From Bdellovibrionales bacterium (GTDB taxonomy: Bacteria > Bdellovibrionota > Bdellovibrionia > Bdellovibrionales > UBA1609), in contig JADJNU010000001.1 in assembly GCA_016714165.1 (NCBI GenBank), forward strand, positions 45,130 through 109,129: DNA of 64,000 nt. The letters are read 5' to 3'. The translations under genes and the position numbers were made by a program. Of this stretch, positions 25,956-34,643 are shown one piece after another. The notes beneath the pieces were generated by a model. It searched no databases and was not told the DNA's origin. It saw only the letters and a program-made list of their open reading frames with translations. Position 1 is the stretch's first letter, and each line of letters begins with the position of its first letter.

Positions 25956-26891
25956 TCATCTATAAAAGATATTAAAATAACTCGTGCAGCTTGTAATATC
26001 GAGTTTTCCAACAAGTTTTGCCGAGTTGGTATGCGTGCCAAAGATGGGTTCTTTACCCTGAGTCAGCTTGAGAAGCGTGTAAAGGCCCGGTTTGGAATCG
26101 ATATCGAGATCCCACACCTTTCGATAGTCTCCCGAGCGGATGACACTTTCCGTGCGAACATCCTCCTGATCTGCGGCATCCGATGTTTTGTAATGGGAAA
26201 AATCCATGCTCAAAAGAACGTATGTATCCTTATCTGCCACATTTCGAAGGACTTCAACCAAGCGGTTTAAAATTCCAATGTTTGCACGTCTATGGATTAT
26301 AATTGGAACGACGTTTGCCAACGGGAAAAAATGCTTGATAAACGCGGCTGGAACGCCAATCGAATGCTCTTGAGCGAAAGCTTCAGAATCATAGACTGGA
26401 AGACCTAGGGCATTTCCAATTGCCGACGCAGCAGCTAGATCCGCCTCCAGGGTTCCGAACGGAGTTTTCCACGGCAGATTAGACAATGAAATTGACTTCG
26501 CGCCATGATGAAAATGGTCAGGGCCAATGATAATGATCCGTTTGGGCGAAAATGATTTTGCGACAGCACGAAAATGCTCGACAAGAAGAGGTATCGCCAA
26601 AAGGTGATGAGTTACAATTCCAAATTTAAAGGCCTCATTTTCTTTAGCTAGTTCCTCAGAAATTCCATGTTTTTTAAAAGCATCCTCAAACCAGCCGGGT
26701 TGATCAGAGAGGGCCGAAAACAATTCGGTTCTCGCATATGAAGAAGAAGCAAGAAGCGTTGATGCCAATATCGAAACTAAAATCTGAGAGTATTTGGTGA
26801 TTGTTATTTTTTTAGAAATAAATCGTACCACTTCGGCTGCTCCGGGATTTGTACTGAGTTCGGATCCGATGCGTAAACGACCGCCTTCCAT
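25956..26891 (-). CDS. Memo-like / AmmeMemoRadiSam system protein B family, exported form
   Basis: Motifs IIIIGPDHFHHG, EHSIGVPAAFIKHFFP and LLSMDFSHY. Signal-like ILVSILASTLLASSSYA. The true start is probably GTG 26831, because 26891 overlaps the upstream gene by 88 nt. Confidence 0.8.
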   Translation of the reverse strand: MEGGRLRIGSELSTNPGAAEVVRFISKKITITKYSQILVSILASTLLASSSYARTELFSALSDQPGWFEDAFKKHGISEELAKENEAFKFGIVTHHLLAIPLLVEHFRAVAKSFSPKRIIIIGPDHFHHGAKSISLSNLPWKTPFGTLEADLAAASAIGNALGLPVYDSEAFAQEHSIGVPAAFIKHFFPLANVVPIIIHRRANIGILNRLVEVLRNVADKDTYVLLSMDFSHYKTSDAADQEDVRTESVIRSGDYRKVWDLDIDSKPGLYTLLKLTQGKEPIFGTHTNSAKLVGKLDITSCTSYFNIFYR

Positions 26892-29590
26892 TCGTCATCA
26901 TTCCATCGCTTGGTATCAGCCCATTCATAGTAGCTATACACATAACCTCTACTAATTCGAGTTCCACCGGAGTAATCCTTCACTAATACATAAGTCACCA
27001 TCGGATAGCCGATAGCTCCCATTAAAACCCGTCCTTCAAAGGCATCCGTAGCGAGATCAGCTACCAAAGCCATTTGAAGTTCTTTCTGATGCTTATTGTA
27101 ATCGGCGTCAAAATCTGAGGGTAGCAACAAGCTCGCATTGAACTTGTATGGCATGTTTAGAATCCAGTCGTAGTCTTCATTCGTGATGGTCGCCTTTTTT
27201 ACTTCCTTTGTCGCAATTTCTTCGGCCTTTTTAGCCAGTTGACCAATTGTTATGAGTTTGTTTTTATACTCGTCTACTAGGACATTAGCTTTAGTCAGCA
27301 GATCAATGGTCAGATTCACGAGCTTCCCGAATCTAGAAAAAAACTCTGGATTTGGCTCTACATATCCCTTCACGATAGGTGGCGCATACTGAGCGGGTGG
27401 CCCCCCTTCCCCGCCGCCTCCCTGCTCGGCATATGACTGTTCCGCGTAAAGAATTGTATCGTGTTTAAGCTCGGTGTACGAGGCAAGACTCGTGTTCAAA
27501 ATTTTTGCTGCCCACCCTTCAGAATTCGCAAAAAATTGTTGAGAACCGACGGGCAAGAATTGAGCAGAAAGTAGATTTAGCCAAGAACTGTACATCGATT
27601 CAGACCACATACCTGCCGGGAGGCCCGCCACAAACTGCTTCGATTTCTCATATTCAGACTTATAGTTTGGGATCTCATCAAACCAATTCTTGGGAAGTAA
27701 ATCGAATGCTTTTTTTGAACCCAAGAGCGCCATGACTTCAAGAGCGCTTGGGAGATTCTTAGGCATATCGTCTGATCCAACTGCCGGTGCAGTTAATCGC
27801 TGATACAAATCGGCATCCAGCGTGTAGCGCTGTCCGATGAGTTTGAATCCAGCATTTTCATTTTTTCGTTCCGCCGCAGTTTTACCTGTTCCAGTCTGGC
27901 TCGACACTATGTTTGGAGCTGGAAGATCTTCCTTGGCCTTCTTTTGAAAGGACTCTAATTTTTGTTCGTCAGCATAGTCCTCGATTTTCGTACTGGGATC
28001 AAAAACACTATCGATCCATTTCTTAAACTGAATTGAGGTTGCGCTCTCTATTTTTCTGACTAGAAAATCGATCGCTGAATAGAACTCGCTCCATCTTGAA
28101 CGATAAACACTATCCATCAGTTTCTTAAACTGAATCGGGGTTCCGCTCTCTGCCTTTCCGACTAGAAAATCGATCGCTGAAGAAAACTCGCTCCATTTAC
28201 TAGATATCTTGGGATCTTGAAAAACAGAGTGGGTCAGGAGAATTGCAGCAAGAGTCGCTGAAGAATTATCCAGAAGAAAATTTTTCCTGCCCAAATGCAT
28301 TTGAGCTCTGAAATAATCACTCAATTTTTCAGAGACCGTATAATGACCTCGAACTTTGTATTGAGAATAGTCTTCTTTATAGCCAGGAAGGTACTCGTGT
28401 GTTTTCGACGGTTCTTCGGCAGATGGGATCTCCTGAGAGGCAGCTGAAATCCTTTCAACCTCTGCCTTTACGTCAGCCGTTATTTCTGGATTTAGTTGTA
28501 AATTCGATTTTAGCAAAGTCGCCGCGACCGCCGTAAACCACATATTTCGTTTCGCAGCTTCTTTTACTTTTGGGTTTTTTGAGTTGCTGTAAAGTTCCGA
28601 CGAGGCTGTGTATAAGTGCTCGACCACTTCTTTAAGGAGAGGCGAAAGCTTCGTTTCCTCTATCTTCTGCATCATGCGATCAATGATCAGGTGCAGAGCG
28701 TGAAGATATAAATCACTAGTTACAAATATCGCCCCGCGAGGTTCATTTTCATTCTCCTGGTAATAGCGGTCGACTAAATCATCAACTGCGACCACCCTAG
28801 GTTGAAGCCTCTGAATATAAAAACCAGACTTTTGGAAGAGCGCCTTATCTTGTTCTGAGAATTGCTTTTCAGGAGGATTTCCGCCTCCTTCCTCTGGAAG
28901 ATTTCTTGACAGGCTGGGGATTTCATTTAATTCAATCTTGCCTTCGTCCATCTGCGGATCGATAGCTCGAAGTTCTTTCTCGTTTAACCAACCTATTCTT
29001 TCCGGTATCGGTCCTTCAAACTCTTCATTTGAAGTGTCGCTAAGAAAATTGAACCGATACCAATGGTCGCCTCCTTTTGTGTATTTTCCGGTTGAAGTGA
29101 TAACCTCTCCCTTTTTTAATTCTAGAACCTTTTTGGCCTCTTCGTTCGGTTGTAGTCTGACTGAGCCTGCGTCATTCAGGATTACGAACCTTTGGTCTGA
29201 TTTTTCGAAAGCGGGTTCTTTCGTAAGACCACGAGCGGGAACAAATTGGCAAATCATGTCCTGAATCCTAAATTTTTGGTTGTATTGCGCTCGCTTGATA
29301 GGAGGCGAAAACTGGATCCATTCAGGCTTGTCCTTTACCGGCTTGCCTGAAATTGGATTTCCAAAAATAATTCCATCTCCTGCAGCATTCATGACTGGAT
29401 TGTTATGGAAATGAAAATCAGGGGCTAAGGGATTCAGTTTCTCGGGTGTCTTGTCGGGGATAGCTTCATAGATAGGCAACAAATCGTCAGTGACGATATA
29501 GTTGGCTTCATCCGCGGCTAGCGTAAGAATTGGGTAAAGCCCAAAAAGAAACAAAACCGAAACCACGCCTTTTTTCATAGTCGCTCCCAA
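26804..29590 (-). CDS. Large secreted protein, DUF3160-like
   Basis: Signal peptide MKKGVVSVLFLFGLYPILTLA. The segment DYSQYKVRGHYTVSEKLSDYFRAQMHLGR matches my recollection of the DUF3160 signature (family call about 0.5; the CDS itself is secure). Confidence 0.7.
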   Translation of the reverse strand: MGATMKKGVVSVLFLFGLYPILTLAADEANYIVTDDLLPIYEAIPDKTPEKLNPLAPDFHFHNNPVMNAAGDGIIFGNPISGKPVKDKPEWIQFSPPIKRAQYNQKFRIQDMICQFVPARGLTKEPAFEKSDQRFVILNDAGSVRLQPNEEAKKVLELKKGEVITSTGKYTKGGDHWYRFNFLSDTSNEEFEGPIPERIGWLNEKELRAIDPQMDEGKIELNEIPSLSRNLPEEGGGNPPEKQFSEQDKALFQKSGFYIQRLQPRVVAVDDLVDRYYQENENEPRGAIFVTSDLYLHALHLIIDRMMQKIEETKLSPLLKEVVEHLYTASSELYSNSKNPKVKEAAKRNMWFTAVAATLLKSNLQLNPEITADVKAEVERISAASQEIPSAEEPSKTHEYLPGYKEDYSQYKVRGHYTVSEKLSDYFRAQMHLGRKNFLLDNSSATLAAILLTHSVFQDPKISSKWSEFSSAIDFLVGKAESGTPIQFKKLMDSVYRSRWSEFYSAIDFLVRKIESATSIQFKKWIDSVFDPSTKIEDYADEQKLESFQKKAKEDLPAPNIVSSQTGTGKTAAERKNENAGFKLIGQRYTLDADLYQRLTAPAVGSDDMPKNLPSALEVMALLGSKKAFDLLPKNWFDEIPNYKSEYEKSKQFVAGLPAGMWSESMYSSWLNLLSAQFLPVGSQQFFANSEGWAAKILNTSLASYTELKHDTILYAEQSYAEQGGGGEGGPPAQYAPPIVKGYVEPNPEFFSRFGKLVNLTIDLLTKANVLVDEYKNKLITIGQLAKKAEEIATKEVKKATITNEDYDWILNMPYKFNASLLLPSDFDADYNKHQKELQMALVADLATDAFEGRVLMGAIGYPMVTYVLVKDYSGGTRISRGYVYSYYEWADTKRWNDDEWKAVVYASDPNSVQIPEQPKWYDLFLKK
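27998..28201 (-). repeat. In-frame tandem duplication, 2 x 102 bp (34 aa)
   Basis: SKWSEFSSAIDFLVGKAESGTPIQFKKLMDSVYR is followed directly by SRWSEFYSAIDFLVRKIESATSIQFKKWIDSVFD. The nucleotide copies are roughly four-fifths identical by manual alignment. Confidence 0.85.
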
Positions 29591-29611
29591 ATTTTCTTAA
29601 GCCTTTAATCT

Positions 29612-30604
29612 CTAATGTATTTTAAGAATACCCCTATTCTTAGGGAAACCAACCAACATATTGACGGGAAAGGTTGGTTTTTCATCGTCCATCTTGTGCC
29701 TGGGCAAGTAATCTCGAAGGACCAAGGGGTAGACCGCCACTTCGGAGATTTTCTTGTTCAGAAAACTAATGCGCAGTGCCACGCTTTCGGTGGAATGGGC
29801 CAGCAGGCGCTCTGTCTGATCAAAAATAAAGTTTCCTAGGCTGTAGGCAATGACTCCATCTTGATACCACTCAATTCTCTGCAAGACGTGAGGGTGATGA
29901 CCTATCACGAGGTTTACGCCGGCCCCGATGAGCTCATGACCTAATTCAATTTGCTTGTCATTGGGAGTCAACACTCCTTCGATTCCCCAATGGAGAGAAA
30001 CAATCAACACATCGACCACAGGTCTGAGTGCCTTAACGTCCTCCATGATTAACTTTGAAACTAAGGGTGCCGTTCCCTGATACGATTTAGACATGAAGTC
30101 TGCCTTAGCGGAATCTGCTGTATAGGCCAGAAATCCGATCCGATTACCATTCGCTGTTAATATTATCGGCTCTCTTGCCTCACTGAGACTCTTCCCTGCA
30201 CCTAGCGCCTTGATATTATTTTTCAAAAGCGCCTTCCGTGTTTCGGCGACAGCCGTAATTCCAAAATCCATACAGTGGTTATTTGCAATCGAGAGAACAT
30301 TAAAACCAAGCTCATCCAACAGATGCGTCGAAGAGGTTGAAGCTTTAAACGTGTACCTTTTCTTCACTTGAGGTTTCTTAGAATCACTAAGACACGACTC
30401 TAGATTGCCGAATACAATTTCAGATTTCTTAAAAATCGAAGGTGTGATGTCAGGGAGATCAAAACCTGCAGGATATTTTGCAAATACATGTCGACCAATC
30501 TGAATATCGCCCACCGCGACAATAGAAAATGAACTGGATCCAAAGGCAAAGGGAGACATCGCCACAGTGCCGATACAAATGGAAAGGAGAACGCAGAATC
30601 GCAT
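29612..30604 (-). CDS. CapA/PGA_cap family metallophosphoesterase-like protein, exported
   Basis: Motifs IVAVGDIQIGRH, FGNLESCLS, SIANNHCMDFG, VSLHWGIE and GHHPHVLQRIEWY...YSLGNFIFDQ. ATG 30604 gives the signal peptide MRFCVLLSICIGTVAMSPFAFG. GTG 30640 is an alternative start. Confidence 0.85.
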   Translation of the reverse strand: MRFCVLLSICIGTVAMSPFAFGSSSFSIVAVGDIQIGRHVFAKYPAGFDLPDITPSIFKKSEIVFGNLESCLSDSKKPQVKKRYTFKASTSSTHLLDELGFNVLSIANNHCMDFGITAVAETRKALLKNNIKALGAGKSLSEAREPIILTANGNRIGFLAYTADSAKADFMSKSYQGTAPLVSKLIMEDVKALRPVVDVLIVSLHWGIEGVLTPNDKQIELGHELIGAGVNLVIGHHPHVLQRIEWYQDGVIAYSLGNFIFDQTERLLAHSTESVALRISFLNKKISEVAVYPLVLRDYLPRHKMDDEKPTFPVNMLVGFPKNRGILKIH

Positions 30605-30788
30605 CCTAAAATTATAGGAGCATCCGATTAGGGAAGTCACCCCATGGCTTGGATAACAAACGAGTTTTTCCTCCTTAACTCATGGGATTGGACTCTCGTG
30701 GTCAACATTCTAGTAGGCTGGGTAAAATCAGTCTCGACCAGACAAAAGGTCTGTTCTCTCGGCCTGTCGTTTCAAATTGATACCAAAT

Positions 30789-32942
30789 ATGAAATCCCAA
30801 ATTCAATCGTCCGATAGGGAAGCAGGAGACGCTATTGAAATGAAAGTCATATTTTCGATTCGTTACAAATTCTTGTTCGTCACGACTTTGTTGTTAGTAC
30901 TGAGCGTAGGGGCTTACTTGGGACTGGCAGCTAAGATTCTGAAGGAGGATAAAACTGAGCTTGTGTACGATTACAATCGAAGTGCAGTTTCAAATATGGC
31001 TTCAGATATTGATACGTATTTTAAAGGTGTGGCCGATAAAATCAAGATTGTGGCGTTCTTTTTCAATGAGAAACGAGGACGGTCATCTCGCCTGATGCAA
31101 GAACTCCTGGAGAATGACGCCGAAACTGTATTTGTTGGAGGAAGCAACAGCTTCAAATCACTTGATACATCGCTTTTCATGAATAAGGTTTTCATGGAAA
31201 CTTACGGTCTCAATGATGGTTTTTTTATGGAGACCCTTCATTTGCAAAAGGCCATACCATTTGATCGGATTCGAATCGATGGCGAGGCGGTTTGGAATTC
31301 AACGATACAAGATGGTCCTCCGCTCATAGGATTTGGTCGAAGTGTTGTAGAAGAAACTGATTCGGGTGTCCCAGTTCGGCAGTATGCTGTGATTAGCTAT
31401 TTGCGGGCCGATAAAATAATGTCCTCTCTTGGGCGTGGAAGTCTCAATGAGGTCTTTATCACAAACGCACAGGGTGAGGTTCTTGTTCACCCTCTGATGG
31501 CGGTCATGGTCGCGGGACTGAATCCGGACGCTTTGACTCAAAAGGCACTTCAACATCCACTTAGTACCAGCGTTTTACCAGCCGAAGTGGATGGAGAAAA
31601 AATTCTTGGAGCCTTTTCAAAGGCTTTCAATAAGAAGATCGTCATTATTTCCAGGGTAAGCGAAGCAAGAGCATTCAATGTGGTTTATCGCTTGATTTAT
31701 CGATCTTTGTTTTTTGCGCTGATCGTATTAACTGCTGCGTTCATCGCGGCCATTCTTTTTTCACGTTCACTGACAAGTCCCCTGGAAACCCTCATTGGCG
31801 GGATGAGAAAGGTTTCAAATGGTGATTTAGGCATACAGATCATTGTCAAAACCAGGGATGAAATATCGCTTCTTGCGGATTCGTTTAATCGCATGATTCG
31901 AGACCTAGGGCATTCAAGAAAAGAATTGGAGCACATTAACTCAGAATTGGAGAACAAAGTAAGAGACAGAACACGTCAGCTCGAAATACAAAATCAGGCT
32001 GTCAAGAAGGCCCAGGAGGCCTTGTTGCGTACGACACGTCTGGCCGCTGTTGGAGAAATTGCGGGACGGGCGGCCCATGAAGTGCTCAATCCTCTAACTG
32101 GTATCATGTCACGAATTCAGAAAATTCAAATACGGCTGCAAAACCATCAGGGGGGAGAAACTCAGCTTTTAAGCGAGATTTTGAAGAGCTGGGAAGCCGA
32201 TATCTCAAACGGTGGAATGGCAAAACTAGTTGAGAGTTGGAGCACACCCTCCCAGATCATTGAGGGAGCGACTCTCTTTGAGGAGGATCTAGAAAATATC
32301 AAGACGGTCGGCAATTCATTGTCTGGGGAGGTCGGAACGACATCTGCCGACGTCGACTTCTTGCTCAAAGAGTGTCAAAGAATCAATCGAATCGTTCAGT
32401 CAATGAGATCCTTAAGCGTGGTCAAAGGAGAGTCCAAAGAACATTCGATTGAAAGTTTAGTGAGAGAGTCAATTCATATTATGGCTGATCTGGCATCTCA
32501 AATGAATTCAGAAATCAAAATGTCGGTGGGAGATCGAAAAGTCACCGTCTTGGTGGATGAAGATGAGTTCATTCAAAGTATGACGAATTTGATTGGAAAT
32601 TACTTGCAAGGGATTAAAGCACGTGAGTCTGGACCGGGTGGAATTGCATTTAAGGGATTGGTTGAAATCAACATAGAAACATTAGAAAACAAAATAAAAA
32701 TTCATGTGAAAGATAACGGTGTTGGAGTTGAGCCAGATCATCGGCAGAGACTATTTGAAACCCAGTTCTCAACGAAGCCCCGCGAAGAGGGGACTGGCTT
32801 GGGACTAAACATCAGTCGGAGATTCATTCGTTCATTTGGCGGCGACATCTATTTGCAGGACTCAGAATTGAAAGTGGGAACTGAGTTTGTGGTCGAATTG
32901 CCGATACATTTAAAATCTACAGAAGAAAAGGTGTCAGCATGA
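30789..32942 (+). CDS. Sensor histidine kinase (periplasmic sensor domain, HAMP, HisKA, HATPase_c)
   Basis: Two TM segments flank a region of about 270 aa. HAMP (PLETLIGGMRKVSNGDL...LADSFNRMIRDL). H-box AGRAAHEVLNPLTGI. G-boxes DNGVGVEP and GTGLGLNISRRFI. Confidence 0.9.
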   Translation: MKSQIQSSDREAGDAIEMKVIFSIRYKFLFVTTLLLVLSVGAYLGLAAKILKEDKTELVYDYNRSAVSNMASDIDTYFKGVADKIKIVAFFFNEKRGRSSRLMQELLENDAETVFVGGSNSFKSLDTSLFMNKVFMETYGLNDGFFMETLHLQKAIPFDRIRIDGEAVWNSTIQDGPPLIGFGRSVVEETDSGVPVRQYAVISYLRADKIMSSLGRGSLNEVFITNAQGEVLVHPLMAVMVAGLNPDALTQKALQHPLSTSVLPAEVDGEKILGAFSKAFNKKIVIISRVSEARAFNVVYRLIYRSLFFALIVLTAAFIAAILFSRSLTSPLETLIGGMRKVSNGDLGIQIIVKTRDEISLLADSFNRMIRDLGHSRKELEHINSELENKVRDRTRQLEIQNQAVKKAQEALLRTTRLAAVGEIAGRAAHEVLNPLTGIMSRIQKIQIRLQNHQGGETQLLSEILKSWEADISNGGMAKLVESWSTPSQIIEGATLFEEDLENIKTVGNSLSGEVGTTSADVDFLLKECQRINRIVQSMRSLSVVKGESKEHSIESLVRESIHIMADLASQMNSEIKMSVGDRKVTVLVDEDEFIQSMTNLIGNYLQGIKARESGPGGIAFKGLVEINIETLENKIKIHVKDNGVGVEPDHRQRLFETQFSTKPREEGTGLGLNISRRFIRSFGGDIYLQDSELKVGTEFVVELPIHLKSTEEKVSA

Positions 32943-34222
32943 AAAAACTGGCCAAGAAGTGGATTGAAGGTCAAGAGGCTGATCTCGTCATTGGAGTTGC
33001 CTACGATTGGAATAAAAGAATCTTAGTTGTTGATGATGAACCAGCGATCCGAGAAACTTATAGCGATATTCTTTGTCCACCAGCAAGAAAGACATTACCT
33101 TTGCGGTCAAGTCGGTCTGCTTCAAAGCCTCCAAACGAAACGGATCCTGGATTTGAATTTGATGTGACGGTTTGCGAGTCTTTCGAAGAAGCTTTGGAGG
33201 CATTTCGGAAGGCAATGAGTGAAGGGCGCCCGTATGTCATGGGATTTTTTGATGTGATGCTAGGGTCGGCAAAAGATGGATATGATTTAGTCAAAGAGAT
33301 GCATTCTCACGATTCAGATCTTTATGCTGTTTTCGTGACGGCTTACAATGATCGGTCAATTGAGTCCATCAATAGTCTTTTAGGATCCAAGATGGTTGAT
33401 CGTTGGGATTACATCAATAAACCATTTTCTCAAGGCGAGATTTTACAAAAGGCACGCAACTTTGTAACGCTATGGAATTTAGAGAAAGAGAGCGAATTAA
33501 AATCTAATCAATTGGCAGAGGCTCAGGATCGTCTGCTGACCAGCGAAAGAACAGCAGCTGTGGCGGCGGTGGCGAGAGGGGTGACACATGAGTTTGGAAA
33601 TATTTTGATGCAGATTATGGGAAAGGCGGATCTGGCGAGAAAGAAAAGCGAAGCAGAAATGCGGCGCGCTCTTGAAACTATTGTAGAGGCTTCTCAGCAT
33701 GCGAGTGATATTTTAGAGAAGTTCAAAAATCTATCGACAACCGATGAGTCAATAGGTCGCCACGATTGGGTTTTTGTTCATAACATTTTGGAAGAGGCGC
33801 TTGATCTATTAGATCACCAATTTAAAACCACAAACATGAAGGTCTCCATTGTTAAAAAGGATGTGGTAAAAATCAAAGCTTCGGCCACGAGTTTACTTCA
33901 GGTTCTGATCAACTTATCCATAAATGCGATCCATGCGATGGGAACTTCTGGTCAAATTGACTTCTCAATCATTTTAGCGGACCCCTGGGTAGAGGTAAGA
34001 GTTCGAGATTATGGTCCAGGCATCAGAACAGACCTCATGGAAAAAGTACTTGAGCCATTTTTCACGACGAAGGGAAAAAACGGGACTGGACTCGGATTGT
34101 CAATTTGTCGTGAGATTATCGAAATTGAACATCGAGGAACTCTGACTCTTAAGAATCATCCCGTTAAGGGTTTGGAAGCGATCATTCGTTTGCCAATAAA
34201 TGGCGGAGATTTGGATGAATAG
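32939..34222 (+). CDS. Hybrid response-regulator/histidine kinase (REC-HisKA-HATPase_c)
   Basis: REC (ILVVDDEPAIRE...FFDVMLG...VFVTAY). H-box ARGVTHEFGNILMQI. GTGLGLSICREIIE. ATGA overlap with the upstream kinase. Confidence 0.9.
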   Translation: MKKLAKKWIEGQEADLVIGVAYDWNKRILVVDDEPAIRETYSDILCPPARKTLPLRSSRSASKPPNETDPGFEFDVTVCESFEEALEAFRKAMSEGRPYVMGFFDVMLGSAKDGYDLVKEMHSHDSDLYAVFVTAYNDRSIESINSLLGSKMVDRWDYINKPFSQGEILQKARNFVTLWNLEKESELKSNQLAEAQDRLLTSERTAAVAAVARGVTHEFGNILMQIMGKADLARKKSEAEMRRALETIVEASQHASDILEKFKNLSTTDESIGRHDWVFVHNILEEALDLLDHQFKTTNMKVSIVKKDVVKIKASATSLLQVLINLSINAIHAMGTSGQIDFSIILADPWVEVRVRDYGPGIRTDLMEKVLEPFFTTKGKNGTGLGLSICREIIEIEHRGTLTLKNHPVKGLEAIIRLPINGGDLDE

Positions 34223-34643
34223 TCCCGTCTGGGATCTTCCTTTATTGGTTGTTGATGACGATGCCATGGTTCGAGGGGTCGTGGTCGATTATTTAAAAGA
34301 TATTGGTTTTACGAGCATTCTTGAGGCCAAGAATTCTCAACAAGGTCTCAAAATGATTCAAAACTCAAAATTTCCAATCGGCTTGGTGCTTTCGGACTGG
34401 GAAATGCCAGGAGTGAGTGGATTGGTACTTCTTAAGGCATTGAGAAAAAATCCGCATCGCAAGGGCACTCGATTTGTGATGATCACAAGTCAGCGGTCGA
34501 TGGAAAAATTTAAGATCACTCAGGCCGCGCAATGGAAAGTCAACGCATACATTATCAAGCCCTTTACCTGTGCCGTATTGAGGGAAAAGATTTGGCAGGT
34601 TATGGATTGGGAAGATAGCGATGAAAGAAAAATCAGTGGCTAA
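34215..34643 (+). CDS. Single-domain CheY-like response regulator
   Basis: LLVVDDDAMVRG...LVLSDWEMPGVSG...VMITSQ...IIKPF. ATG 34215 after GGAG. 8-nt overlap with the upstream stop. Confidence 0.85.
   Translation: MNSPVWDLPLLVVDDDAMVRGVVVDYLKDIGFTSILEAKNSQQGLKMIQNSKFPIGLVLSDWEMPGVSGLVLLKALRKNPHRKGTRFVMITSQRSMEKFKITQAAQWKVNAYIIKPFTCAVLREKIWQVMDWEDSDERKISG

Noticed and set aside
25956-26891. A canonical AmmeMemoRadiSam system.
   Set aside because: Only the B (Memo-like) component is present, and it carries a signal peptide. No AMMECR1 or radical SAM gene is in the window.
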